64,000 bases of DNA, from assembly GCF_006345805.1 (NCBI RefSeq), contig NW_021825710.1:186001-250000 (forward strand). The letters run 5' to 3'. Shown piece after piece: positions 41,310 to 55,289 of this stretch (its first letter is position 1; each line of letters starts with the position of its first letter). Made by a program: the position numbers and the translations under genes. The notes under the pieces were generated by a model, which did not search any database, had not been told where the DNA came from, and worked only from the letters and a program-made list of their open reading frames with translations. The DNA comes from Octopus sinensis. Its lineage: Eukaryota.

Positions 41310-42720
41310 TGACAAAGACGAAATCACGAAGTACTGGACAGAGCATTTTTCAAATGTGGTAGCAACCTCCTGCTGAACAAATTACATGAACTCTTCTCCT
41401 TAATCTGGGAATCAAGATCAGTCCTACAGTAGCTTTATTGCTTTTATTGTCCATCTTTATAAACACAAAGGCAACAAATGAGAATGTAACCATAGCAGTA
41501 TCTCCCTTTTGTCTGTTGTCAGGAAGATCTTTGGAAAGGTTATCTTAAACAAACTAAATGATACCTTTACCAGCTTTGTGTTACCTGAATTCCAGTGTGG
41601 ATTTTGGGCTGGTGGAGGCACAGTGGATATGATTTTTGGCCTGAGGCATCTACATGAAAAGGCTCATGAACATAACCAAGACCATATTATCACTTTTGTA
41701 GATCTAACTAAAGCTTTCAGTACCATATCTAGCGATGCTCTTTGGGTTGTCATTAGAAAGCTAGGTGTTCCTGAAAAGATACTCAATGTCATAATTTCTT
41801 TCCATCAAGGGATGATGGCTTCTGTCAGATCTAGCAAGGAAGTGTCCGATTCATTCACAGTCTCAGATGGGACAAGGTTGTGTTCTTGCACCACTCTTAT
41901 TTGCTTTAAATTTCTCTGTCATGTTGGAAACAGTGTTTGATGGTGTTAAAGAAGGAGTAAAGTTTGAGTACAGAACTGGTGGTGGCATGTTCAACCAACT
42001 GTGTTTCAAAGTAAAAACTAAGACTCTGGTGCAAACTGTTCAAGATCTGTTCTTCGCAGGTGATTATGCACTTGTAACACACACTCTTGAGGACATGCAA
42101 TGGATTCTTAACAATTTCTCATGTACACCAAAGGCTTTTGGTCTGACCATCAGCATTAAGAAAACTGAGCTTGTCCATCAGCCCATTCATGACCATGCTC
42201 CTGTTGTTGCCCCTACTATACATGTTGATGGGAAAGCATTAGAAACTGTTTCCCTCCTTCACTTATCTTTGTTCCATTGTGTCCAATGATGCTAAGATGG
42301 ATAAAGAAATTGAGTTCAGAATCAGGAACGCTAGTTCCACTTTTGGTAAGCTTTATCACAGGCTTTGGAACAGCCACAATGTATTGTTGAAGGTGAAAGT
42401 TGATAATTTTGACATCATTGCTTTAAGATGCTGAATCTTGGACTCTGTACTAAAAGCATATCAACCAGCTTGACACTTTTCATATGCAATGCTTGCATAC
42501 TATCTCCAGTATAAAACCAAGTGAATATATTTGTAACAGTGAGGTACTAACAAAATGCAACATATCAGGTATTGAAGCCATCCCCATCAAAACACATCGC
42601 CGACAGTCCTGTACCAGTCCCACAGCATCCTCCTAGGTGATATTGAGCCTCTGGAGATCTTCCTTAATTACATCCAGCCATCTGGTGTGGGCCTGCCATG
42701 AAGCCCCCTTCCAGCTCATA
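41310..42720 (+). mobile_element. Old RTE/BovB-like LINE RT fragment
   Basis: LPEFQCGF..TVDMIF..FVDLTKAF..QGCVLAPLLF..LFFAGD..FGLTISIKKT. Confidence 0.85.
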
Positions 42721-43324
42721 ACTGCTGCATTGAATGAGAATAAAACCCTGGTATATGAGAATAAAGCCCTGTCTAGTGGGAGGTGGAGGACATATCTGTT
42801 GCAGCACATGCAACAGATAGTAGTTCTTTGTTGGAAATGTGATGGTACCATCTGATGTTCTCGATGGTTCACAGGGCTCAGCCACTGAAGTTGTCAATCC
42901 TCTATAAGAATGACAAAATGGAATAAGCAGAACAAGGAGACATATGGGATAGAGACACACCAAAGAGGATGCAGAATGTGTGATAAAACAACTGTGACAA
43001 GAAACTAAAATTATAACAATAAAGTTGAAGTGAAGACAAAATACATAGTGCATGCGTTTAATTGGCAAAATATGACCATCTCCAAGTATAACAAAATATA
43101 TTTATAAATACACACACACACACACACATACACACATACAAATACACAAGTATGCACAGGTGCTCTTGGAAACATAAAATACTTCTAGATTCATTCACTG
43201 CAAAAAGTAAACAGACAGATGCATGCTCTTAGATTTAAAATCTGTCAAATACTCTTTGAGTTAGTGTAGAACTTAGACATTAAGTAATAATCTGTTTCTT
43301 TGAGAGCCAGAATTTAAGAAATAA

Positions 43325-44337
43325 AGATTTCATTCAATATAGGAGACAACGCAACAGAAAGTGTAAGGAATATTAATGCAATATATGAGGATCAAACAAT
43401 AAGCATAAGCCAGTGTAAATGGTAGTTCAAGAAATTCCGAGCCAGAAACTACAGCCTAGAAGATGACCCTCATCTGGAAGATCTGAAGAGCTCGATGACA
43501 ATGTCCTGCAAACCCTGGTGGAACAAAATCCCATCGTAACTGTTGAGGAAGTAGCAGATTAGCTTGGATTTGGTCATTTAAAAAAAGTCAGCAAGTTGGG
43601 TCAATAGGTTCTTCACAACCTTTCCAAGTCTAATCGTGTGCAGAGAGTGAATGTGTGCTTTTTTTTTTTTTGCTGTCATGTCTCAGAAATGAATCTTTTT
43701 TGGACTGAATAGTGACTGTTGATGAAAAATAGGTTCTCTATAAAATTGGCAAGTGCCGAAGACAGTGGGTAAGGAAAGGAGAAACACACGAACCTCAGGC
43801 TAAACGTATTCACCCGTGTAAAGTGTTGTTATCTGTTTTAAGTTTTTAAACCCAAACCAAATGATAATAAAGGAGATCTACTGCAAGCAGGTTGAGCTGC
43901 TTAAGTCAGTGCTAGAAGGAAAATGACCATTTTTGGTTTCAGATGAAAGGTGTTCTTCCATCAGGATAATGCTTGGCTACATACAGCAAGGATGACAGTC
44001 CAAAGGCTGGAGCAGTTTGAATGGGAAACGATGCTCCACCCACCATATTTGCCGGACATTGTCCCATCTGATTATAATTTTTTCTGCAGTCTTCAAAATG
44101 ATTTGGATGGAAAAAATATGAATTCTGTAGACAAGGTCAGAACAGTAATGGAGGGGTAATTTTCATCACGGACAAGTGAATTTTGGAAGAAGGGCCTTGC
44201 AAGTCTACGAGATAGATGGAAGATCATTGTAGGAAATGAAGGAGAGTATATTTTAGATTAAAAAAGAACTTTGTTTATCTTAATTTTGAAAAATAATAGA
44301 AGTATAAAAAAACTGCATTATTTATGGGATGACCCAA
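43325..44337 (+). mobile_element. mariner copy 2, 5'-truncated
   Basis: homologous to 34003-35274; FHQDNA..HPPYLPDIVPSDY; right TIR ends GGGATGACCCAA. Confidence 0.9.
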
Positions 44338-44534
44338 TATATATATAATGTACTGTTCCGTGATAGAAAATTCAACAAAAAGACTACTCCATCTGGTGAG
44401 AGATAAATATTATTCATTTAAAGGGCACAATACATATATTAAAATGCTACTAATAGTTCCTCAACATATGAAACTATTAGTAGCACTTTAATACATGTAT
44501 TGTGCCCTTAAAATAAATTTATATATATATATAT

Positions 44535-47110
44535 TATATTAAATTAGAGATAAAACAACTATTAGGCAAATCATACAATGAAAAACTTAAGCCAATACAT
44601 AAGATTAATTAATTTATATTATTTTAAATATATATCAAAATTATTAAAAAAAGATAATTAGTATAACACTACGATCGTTTCATGGCTGTCCAATTCTTAA
44701 AATTTCAAGTTACAGTCATTCTTCAGGTGATTTAAATATCTAAAATATAATCAGAAATATTTAAACAATATTTTAAAGATATAATAATATATATAATATA
44801 ATAATTTTACTTATAATAAACTCTATTATCAACTAGAGACATAGAACTTAACAATTATGATTATATCCAAATCGACTATAATGTTAAATATTAATTTTAA
44901 TTTATAAGGTAGGAAACCCGCCCATAATCTAATATCAATATTAGTCTATATCTAATTACATAAATATTTAAAATGACTAATATATATAAATTATCAATGA
45001 AAATATATAAATGTATATAAATATTATAATTAAAATCTAAAATAATCTCTATAAATAATTGTATATGCACATATAATAAAAACCTAATAAATTTAATTTT
45101 TCATATTTAAAGATGAAATAGCTAATTTCAAAATACAAATAAACTAACTTAAACGAACTTTCAGAAATCTTATGTAAAATACTTTTAGAAATAATCAATT
45201 CGTAGTAATATAGTATCGAATAAATACTATAAGTACTATAAATATAATTATGAATGGGAATAATTATCGAATATAAATTTAAAGAAATAACTATGTTATG
45301 CTATTAAATTAGACATGGTCTGGACCAATCTTTAGTTGAAACATATCTAAGTTTATCAAAGTTTATCTAATTTAATTATAAATTTAAAACTACAATTAAT
45401 ACTATTAAAACATGTATATACAAAGCCTTCGCTATCAAATAATAAATCTATCGCTAAGAAGTATTTTACGAATAAACTTAAATTTAATATCTAATAATAT
45501 AGAAAGTTACGATAATTAGATCATTACATAAACAACGATATTTACATAAGGAGAATATTATTACTCCAAAGGCTTATACAATATTAAAATTTACAATTTG
45601 AAGATCTTAAATAAATACATACTTAACTTAGCGAGGTTTAATCAATGAACTAAAATTTTGAATCAGAAAACGTCTTTTACAGCGTTTATAAGAATACTCG
45701 TGGAATTACGTTATTAGCAAAAAAAAGAATAAATTGTTGAAGAATTCATTACGCATGAGGAACCTACGTTTTATTAAAGATTGTGAATGGGAAAATTATT
45801 TGTTTATCATTGTAAAAAGTATGAAGTCACAAATAAAGAATAAAATCTCTCAATACTATAATATTTATTAATAAAAATGATAAATGAAACTTAATACAAA
45901 ATAAATTAAATGATTTAAATGATTAAAAAGCACTAATTATTAAATATATTCTAAAAATCTTATAAGATTAATAAATATATAAAAAAATTAATTTATATAG
46001 TAACCCCTCTACATACTATAAATTCTTTCCCATGCCCTTATAATTATAAGCTAAAATTAGTGATCATAAGAAAATCTATAAATACTTATCAAAATTTGTA
46101 GTATAACTATACATATGTATACATAAATATATAAGAAAATATACATACATATACATTTATATATACATATATATATACATATATATATATATACACATAC
46201 ATATACATACACATATACACATACATACACACATATATACACACACATACACATATGCACACTCATACATACAATACTCAATATATACACTTACACCTAT
46301 ATATACACACCCACACACATAAATAAATGTATATACATATACATATATATACACACACATCAAAGGTCCTCTATTTTGTATTGTAGTATGATTATAGACA
46401 TTTATATATCTATTTATTTTATAATATATGTGCATGTGTGTGTATGTATATATGTGTATATGATGATGTGTGTGTATATATATGTATATGTATATACATT
46501 TATTTATGTGTATGTGTGTGGGTGTGTATATATAGGTGTAAGTGTATATATTGAGTATTGTATGTATGTACATGTATGTATGAGTGTGCATATGTGTATG
46601 TGTGTATTAAAAAAAGATAATTAGTATAACACTACGATCGTTTCATGGCTGTCCACTTCTTAAAATTTCGAGTTACAGTCATTCTTCAGGTGATTTAAAT
46701 ATCTAAAATATAATCAAAAATATTTAAACAATATTTTTCAGATATAAATAATATATATAATACAATAATTTTACTTATAATAAACTCTATTATCAAACTA
46801 ATGTCTCTAGTTTGATAATAGAGTTTATTATAAGTAAAATTATTATATTATATATATTATTTATATCTTAAAAATATTGTTTAAATATTTCTGATTATAT
46901 TTTAGATATTTAAATCACCTGAAGAATGACTGTAACTCGAAATTTTAAGAATTGGACAGCCATGAAACAATCGTAGTGTTATACTAATTATCTTTTTTTA
47001 ATAATTTTGATATATATTTAAAATAATATAAATTAATTAATCTTATGTATTGGCTTAAGTTTTTCATTGTATGATTTGCCTAATAGTGGTTTTATCTCTA
47101 ATTTAATATA
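44535..47110. mobile_element. AT-rich element bounded by ~300-bp inverted repeats, three hammerhead motifs
   Basis: 44535-44842 is the reverse complement of ~46801-47110; extra direct partial copy 46606-46800; motifs at 44667-44729(-), 46630-46692(-), 46916-46978(+): CAC-CTGAAGA-ATG..CAT-GAAAC GATC GTA-GTG (loop AATC in the plus copy). Confidence 0.85.
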
Positions 47111-47215
47111 ATATATTTTACTATAAAATTGGATTCAATCCTAAATCTGATTTTTCTCTGTAAGTTTGGATTTATTCCCTAATATTTTATTATTAATTTA
47201 TATATATATATATAT

Positions 47216-47301
<86 letters not shown>

Positions 47302-47304
<3 letters not shown>

Positions 47305-47607
47305 ATCACATCAAAACTAACTATGACTTAATTTTTCCTCTCACACCGTTTACGATGAAGGGATATTATTATTAATTAATATCCTAGAAACAGCTGTAAG
47401 ACCTTTTATCTATAAATGCTCTAATATCTATACAGCCTTGTTTTTTTTTTATCTCATTACGCAAAAAATTTATATATATGTAGTCTTACAGCTGTTTCTA
47501 GAATATTAATTAATAATAATATCCCTTCATCGTAAACGGTGTGAGAGGAAAAATTAAGTCATAGTTAGTTTCGATGTGACTTATGTAGTTAGTTTTGATG
47601 TGATACA
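47302..47607. repeat. Inverted repeat with hammerhead-like variant motif
   Basis: 47306-47402 is the reverse complement of 47483-47579; GTTT-ACGATGA..GGATATT/AATATCC..GAAAC AGCT GTA-AGAC. Confidence 0.75.
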
Positions 47608-48179
47608 AATAGAGAGTGAGGTTGGGGAAAGAAAATAGATGTAAGATATGTATGGTTATTGAGTTCATAAATCCGTTTTATAGGCATAATGGTATATATG
47701 TGTAATATTCCAAAATCCTTTGAGTAAAATCCAAAAGTCCAATAGAGTTTAATATGAGTCCATCCAGATATAAAGTTTATAAGCAATGTAAGATTCTCTT
47801 AAAGTTGGTCATTCCCAGTAGGGAATTTATGTAGAGTGTAGTAGATTCGACCTAGAAATAGGGAGTGTATTAGTTTGGTGAAATTGAAAACAGGAAGAGA
47901 GGAATGACAAAGAAGAAAAAAAGAGAGATAAAAGGAGGAGAGAAAGAAAGAATTAAAGAGAAGGAAGAAAGAAGATTAGTAAAAATAAAGAATAAAACTC
48001 CTGAAGGTGTGAATAAAGAGAATAAGGAAAAGAAAAAAGAAAAATTAAGATATAGGTTGGTCAGTGGTCAGTGGAGGTAGTTTGAAAGTAGGAGTGGGGA
48101 TAGAGAGAGAAAGGTATTAATGTATAAATGATAGAGGAATGGGGGGTTAAGAGGTAGAGGAGGTACTAAGTGTAGTACT

Positions 48180-48810
48180 AAGTGGGTCACATTTTGGCTA
48201 AGTTTTCTGATTCATTCACCTGCAAATCTAGTAAGATGGAAGGCTCAGAGAATGATATGTGCAAATGCAGAAAGGTCAGAACACTGAAACATATTCTTTC
48301 CAGCTGTTCACTAGCATTGAATAGGTATACATGGAGACACAACCTGGTCCTAAAGGTTATCTTCAATGCTATAAAGAACCAAATTGATTTCAACAACAGT
48401 GCTGAAAAAAAGAGATTTCATATACATTTCAAGAAGAAGAAGAAGAAACTTCCTGTGAGCAATGGAAAGTGAGATGGCTACTGGGGGGTGGCTGCAAATT
48501 TACCAGGTACCAGGGACTCTTTCCCATCCCAGTTACAAAAAAACAGGACATCTTAATGTTGTGTGTTGTGTGAAAGAAAGAAAGTTTGAAACCAGTTGAG
48601 TTAATGGTTCCTCATGAAGAACCACTCAGGCTTGAAAGATTGACCATTATGTAAACCTCCTTGAGGAATGTGAAAATGCAGGCTGAAAATCGGCCTAACT
48701 CATGTAGAGTGTAGTAGATTCCATCGTGACCAATATCCAAACTACAATGGAAAAGGCTAGCTACTGGATTTGGTAAAAAAGAGATGATGAGCAATGGCTA
48801 GAAGAATATT
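48180..48810 (+). pseudogene. RLE-type non-LTR retrotransposon relic (HERO/NeSL-like C-terminus)
   Basis: CKC..TLKHILSSC..RYTWRHNLVL zinc knuckle and downstream VELMVPHEE. Confidence 0.7.
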
Positions 48811-49199
48811 GAGCTTTATTGATAACCAGTTTTATCTTGCAAGTGGGGTCAGTGAGGTGGGGCTGATGTACAATAGTGCCATTGAGAGGTCGGTCCTGAA
48901 ACAGCACGCATTCTCTCCTTATGACCCCATACACTTGCTGGCTTCTGGTACATGGAACTTTCACCTGGTAACACTTGCATGTGCAAGTTGTTTGCAAAAC
49001 ATCTAAGAGGTAGAGAAAACTTATTGGAATAGACTGGGTGCAGGGCTGGGTTTGGTGAGTGGATAGACCCAAACCTTATGCTTGTAAGACCTCACTTTCA
49101 GCATGTTGGTTTGGTCTTATCAAGCACAAGGAAATGCCAATAATTTCAGTCATTTGAGCATTTTGAGATCCACCTTTACAACTTTGTCTCATGTTTTTC

Positions 49200-50327
49200 T
49201 GAGTCTCCCTCTTCTACAAGTTCTATCCACTTGAAGCAAGTAGCACTTCTTTATACAGCTGTCATCCATACACATCCTATGACTGTATCAGTTTAGCCTT
49301 CTGTTTCGCACATGATATCTGATTCCCTCTTATACCCAAGTTTTCTCTCTACACATTTGCACTTTGTCGTAAATGCACACTGATGCTGCATATCCATTGG
49401 AGCTTACCAGCTTCATTCCTTTCTAATCTTTGCATGTCTTCTGCATCCAGGGCCCACATCTCACTATCATATAGCTTTGTTGTTTGTACATAAAAATTAT
49501 ACGCTCTACCATTCACTCTGAGGGAGAAACCTTTTGTTACCAATAGAGGTAACAACCCACTGAACTTCTATCCTATTCTATTTCTAGCAACTATACTTTC
49601 AGAACACCCTCCTTCACTAATAATTGAGTTGTCTAGGTAACAAATTATCTACTACCTTTAAGGAACCTCCTGAGCATTTGAGAGAATCTGTTTCTTGTAT
49701 ATATTTAATGTTTATTACTCCAGTACATTTGTCACAAAGTCTACTTTCTCCTTATATACATCCAGTGGCATCGGCCACGTTTGGATGGTGCCTTTTACGT
49801 GCCACCGGCACTGGTATCACAACTACAATTTCCATTTGATTTTTTGATGTTGATGTACTTGACTCAATAGGTCTCCTTAAGCACAGCAGGTCGCCCTACA
49901 ATCCAAGGTAAGTACAGCAGGCCGTCCTGTGGTCCAAGGCACTTTGGATGGGCTAGGGCTTCTATGTGAAGCTGGTGCAGGAAACAGCTATGAACTCACA
50001 TTATTTGTTGGGTCTTCTCAGTCACAGCATATCTCCAGAGGTCTCAGTCTTTCGTCATTGCCTCTGTGAGACTCAATGTTCAATGGTCCTGCTTGACCAC
50101 CTCATCCCATGTCTTCCTGGGTCTACCTCTACCCGGATTCCTTCAACTATTTGAGAGTGGCACTTCTTCACACATCTCTCATCCATCCGTAGTACATGAC
50201 CATACCAGTGCAGACGTCTCTCTTGCACTCCACATCCAATGCTTCTTATGTCCAGCATTTCTCTCAGGGCACTTACACTCTGTCGTGTATGCACACTGAC
50301 ATTACACATCCAGCAGATCATGCTAGC

Positions 50328-50330
<3 letters not shown>
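49200..50330 (-). mobile_element. Two adjacent fragments of the RTE family
   Basis: LLPLLVTKGFSLRV..ERNEA..; EASMICWMCNVSVHTRQ..VQERRLHWYGHV. Confidence 0.85.
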
Positions 50331-50389
<59 letters not shown>

Positions 50390-50659
50390 TAGAAGTGGGT
50401 AACAGAAAAACCATAGATCGAAACAAAATAAACAGTGTGTGATGAATTGTTGTGATGATGAATGATAAAATCTCCTCCATAACAGGCACAGGTCCAAACA
50501 GCACCACACCATTAATAATGTAACCCATACCAAAGGAAAATAAGAACACACTTGCAGGAGAAAGAAGGAGTGTGAGCTCTAATAATAACTCTGTTAACAG
50601 CTAGAACACCAATGTGCACAACATAAATGCAGATGAGGAACAGGAAAACAACTGAACTA

Positions 50660-51060
50660 GAAAAGACACTGTAGCAACTGCCAAAGGAAAAATGAATACA
50701 AATTTAATAACAACTGTATGGTAAAGTACATAATTTACAAATGTGAAGAGAAGATGAGTGTACAAAAATATGTGTACACTGGCGCAACCAGAGACACCAT
50801 GAAAAATCGCCTATGTCATTTTCCAATGAAAACATAAGTCACTGCACATCATTATCTAACCTCATCTGGAGGCTCAAACAGAATGGAGTGGAACAGACAA
50901 CTAACTGGTCTATAATAAAAAGCACAAGACTATATGATAAAATATCGCAGGTATGTAACTTATGCCAAGAGGAAAACTCTGGAGATCGTTACATTCACAA
51001 ACCACATAATTAATAGGTGTTCCGAAATAATTGTATCATGCAAACATAAGATCATAGCAT
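50660..51060 (+). pseudogene. Penelope-like GIY-YIG relic
   Basis: IIYKCE..YTGAT..TSLSNLIWRLK..WSII..CNLCQEE. Confidence 0.75.
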
Positions 51061-51929
51061 CCTTCCCAGGATTTGACCAGAACATAATGAAACAGGGAAA
51101 CACTAACCATTATTAGCATCTATCTGAACAATAGAAGGACCTTGTAAATGAGCTAAACAATGGTGCACATCCATCCCTGTGAACAATGAAAACAATATAG
51201 AAAATACGGTAAGTGCTTGATATTACAAAACTGAGCATACTTGGTAATCAACAGTTGCTGAACCTACTGGATTAATGCAAGCATGAGCAACATCGAAGAA
51301 CTAATTGTACCACCAGAAGTAATTAACATTACCCTTTCAGGGAACAACTCTTCTCAACTCAAACTTAAGGATATCAGGCAATTCCTGATTTGTGACTAGC
51401 AAATATCAGGCAATTCCTGATCTGTGATTAGCAAATACTTCAAACCAGTAACATCAAAATAAAATTAGCCCCTTTGCCCTGCAGCATCTGAATTCATTAA
51501 GAAAGCACCTGCTGTGCCTAAACTTAAACCAATGACCTATGTTCCCCCATCCCATTCTTCTCTATCATTGATATTCCTTTCTCTCTACTTGACTCTAACT
51601 TCCCTTGACAACATAAATATCACTCTATCTTTAATAGATCCACCCTGAAACTATCTTATTCAAACTCACCTAACTTTGAATCTATTGTAGCAGCCTCCAA
51701 TAAGCAAAAGCTCTCTCTTTACTATCAAAACTCACATAACAACAACTCTACTAATACTAATAATCAACACTCATACATATATAGCATAGATACTATCACA
51801 CCTGGTAATAATCGCAACCCAACCTATTCTACCGACAATGTCCAGAATACCACCACAATCTCTAATGCCCTGACAAATAGCAGAAGTAACAGTAACAATA
51901 GTAGTAATGGCGGTGGTAGTAATGATAAC

Positions 51930-51999
<70 letters not shown>

Positions 52000-52079
52000 T
52001 AGAAATTTTCACATCCTTCTATAACCTCTCTTCTGATGATACTACCTCCTCAGTTACCGGACACGATCCTCAAAATTCA

Positions 52080-52500
52080 CCTAATTGTAATTGCCGTCCT
52101 GGAACAACCTGCCTGCTACAAACCCATTGCAGAAGATATAATGTAATCTACAAATGCACGGTCCTTAACCAATTACACAACTCTACAGCCATATATATAG
52201 GATCAACAAAAAACTTTAAGCAACGATATGCCACTCAATTCCACTCTTTTAGATACGATAAACATAGTAAATCTACAACACTCGCCAACCACATACATCA
52301 TCTCAAAAATACAAATATTCCCTACTAGACTCAGGGACTTCCCTACCGAGGTCAACACTCAATCTCCAAGCTTTGCCTGAAGGAGGCACTCCAAATATTG
52401 AAGCACAACTCTCCAACACTGCTTAATAAACATAACAAAGCATTAAGCACACGCAACCACTGCTTTTATCACACATTTAAATTCTATCACAAATCCAAAT
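52080..52500 (+). pseudogene. Penelope-like GIY-YIG relic
   Basis: CNCRPGTTCLL..C..NVIYKCTV..IYIGSTKNFKQRY..HSFR..STTLANHIHHLK (translated by hand). Confidence 0.8.
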
Positions 52501-53445
52501 GCCAGAATAACTATATGGTGCACTAATTCTTAGGTAATCCCATTAACCAATAAATTTACACTCTAACTTATAACCCATATCTAGTTTCTCACATATGCAA
52601 CCATCTGATTATATACACATGCAAAATATAGATAACTGCATATGTAGGAACGATGAAACATGAGAATTGTATTTGTAACTTATCTGATATACATATATAT
52701 ACATGTTCACATAAATATTTTCTCAGAATAATTAACACTGCTATTTCCTTAATTCTTCATACATTTGCCTCCATATCTCATTCCAACTTATTTCATCTTT
52801 CTGACACACATCCCTCTTTCACTCTTCTAACTACAGCACTATTCAGCTGCTATAATCATATGAAAGCAGAATCTGTACATATTTCTTCCAATTGGTGGTA
52901 CTAGTTACTTCTCATCTTCAATATCATCCCTTTCCACTTTATTTTTCACATCCACAGTTATCTCTCCTCTGAGCTACATCTTAGAACTGTCATATCTCAT
53001 CTCTGACACATTCTCACATCTGCTATCATTCTCAATGCACCCAGATGCTAGCTGTTAATGCTCCCCCTACCTTTGTCCCCACTCACTATGTGCCTCTGAC
53101 CTTTCATCCCTCTCTCTCACCCCACCTATTTTCTCATCTATTTATAGGTTTGTCATATTGCTGCTCTCTACTCATTTCCTGTATTGCCACTCATCACCTC
53201 TTTCCTGAACTCTTTCTTTTGCCTTCTCCCCTATTTACCATTGACAACACCCTCCACCTTTGTACATCATCCACTAACATTAACCTCCTGTTACTCTTCT
53301 GTGAACCCACACCTTTCACCTTCAGGTCCTATTCTTATACCCACCTTTCACCTTGACAGTATGCTCTGACATCTTGTCACTAACATCTCTATCATCTTCC
53401 CTACTAATCCCACCTAGTCCTAATGAATGGTCTATACCTGGTAGC

Positions 53446-53830
53446 AGTGGAGGCGCAATGACCCAGTGGTTAGGGTAGTGGACTCACGGTCGTAGGATCG
53501 CGGTTTCGATTCCCAGACCGGGCGTTGTGAGTGTTTATTGAGCGAATACACCTAAAGCTCCACAAGGCTCCGGCAGGGATGGTGGTGATCCCTGCTGTAC
53601 TCTTTCACCACAACTTTCTCTCACTCTTACTTCCTGTTTCTGTTGTACCTGTATTTCAAAGGGCCGGCCTTGTCACTCTCTGTGTCACGCTGAATATCCC
53701 CGAGAACTACGTTAAGGGTACACGTGTCTGTGGAGTGCTCAGTCACTTACACGTTAATTTCATGAGCAGGCTGTTCCGTTGATCGAATCAGCCGGAACCC
53801 TCGTCGTTGTAACCGATGGAGTGCTTCCAC
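53446..53830 (+). mobile_element. Complete tRNA-derived SINE with 12-bp TSD
   Basis: TSD ATACCTGGTAGC at 53434-53445 and 53831-53842; A-box CAGTGGTTAGG, B-box GGTTTCGATTCC. Confidence 0.88.
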
Positions 53831-54553
53831 ATACCTGGTAGCTTACTGGTAAAGCATGATCATTTCCACAGTGTTTGTTATGTATTTGGTCAATGAGAGA
53901 TGTTATTACCATGTTAGCTATATCAATCATTTCTACTATCACAATTTGGTGACTTAAGGAAAATAAAATTAAGTTTAACATTTGGTTCATAGTAAGGCAT
54001 GCAAAACCATAATATCATTTCCAGGAGATGCCGACTCTGTTCTGAGGAATCCTTGTCTATTCTGTGGACCAATGAGAAGATCATTAATAGAATTTCTGAA
54101 AGACTATCAAGATGTTTACATGTATATAAATGTACTTCCACACAATGCAGTGGGAATGAATTTGAGTAACTGTTAACATAACTTATTTTAAGGTATGGAT
54201 GAATTAAATTTAGCTGTTACCTCTCCATTCTTATAAACACCAAGTAGCTATTGAACTTGTTATGTGCATGTATGTACACCAAACCACATGTATATATGCT
54301 TACATCTTTGTGGATGTTTGTATGAGTGAGTGTACATGGGCCATACAACCTATGCACGGGCATTTATGTATCCATATCTATTAAGTTATATTTAATACTT
54401 TTTGCATTGTATTGCATGTTTGTTTCTTTTTGCTTCTGTTATTTTATTATTGATCTTCTATATAAATGAAGCTATATCCTTTAATTTGCTGCATTTCTTT
54501 ACACAAGCTAAGATACATTGTGGAACTATTATTTTAACGAGTTATATCTATTT

Positions 54554-54656
54554 ATCACCTGAAGAGACACATTTGCATTGTTGGATGCTCCTGAACCAGT
54601 TAAGTACCCCACCCATGAAGGATCGATGCTAGATGTGTCAAAACAATTATAGTGAT
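54554..54656 (+). ncRNA. Degenerate hammerhead-like motif downstream of Penelope relic
   Basis: ATCAC-CTGAAGA-GACACAT...ATGTGTC-AAAAC AATT ATA-GTGAT, then AATAAA. Confidence 0.6.
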
Positions 54657-54741
54657 TAATAAAAATTCCCGTGTCTTCCATCAATCATTAACCAAATATA
54701 TATATAACAGTAGTATAGTTTTCATGAAACATTGTCTCATG

Positions 54742-54780
<39 letters not shown>

Positions 54781-54868
54781 CAAAAATTTAGATTCAAATG
54801 AATATGGTACTTAATTTAGATGCACCAGAATTTTGTATGGTGTTATCCATAAAAATCCGTGAGGTGAT

Positions 54869-55289
54869 TATAATCAAAATAAGCAACAAGAATGACTCTG
54901 GTAATTTGGTACGATCGTTTCATACTACATTCTTTTATTAAATGTTGTAAGTATTACAACAGATTTAAGATGCTGAGTACTCATCAGCCAATTATAGAGG
55001 TTTTCATTAATACAAAAATTTTCAAATCAAGTGGCAACATTATAGAGAAGGTAGATATACAGACAAAGATGTGGATTTAAATTTTAAGAACATATGAGGT
55101 ATGTTCTTAATACAAAAATTTGCCACTTGATTTGAAAATTTTTGTATTAATGGAAAACCTCTATAATTGGCTGATGAGTACTCAGCATCTTAAATCTGTT
55201 GTAATACTTACAACGTTTAATAAAATGATGTAGTACGAAACGATCGTACCAAATTACTGGAGTCATTCTTGTTGCTTATTTTGATTATA
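54869..55289. repeat. ~170-bp inverted repeat pair, each arm with a hammerhead
   Basis: 54869-55037 is the reverse complement of 55120-55289. Confidence 0.93.
55167..55252 (+). ncRNA. Type-I hammerhead ribozyme-like motif, canonical core (inverted copy 54906-54991)
   Basis: TTGG-CTGATGA-GTACT...AGTAC-GAAAC GATC GTA-CCAA with extended stem II (GTTGTAA tac TTACAAC). Confidence 0.85.
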
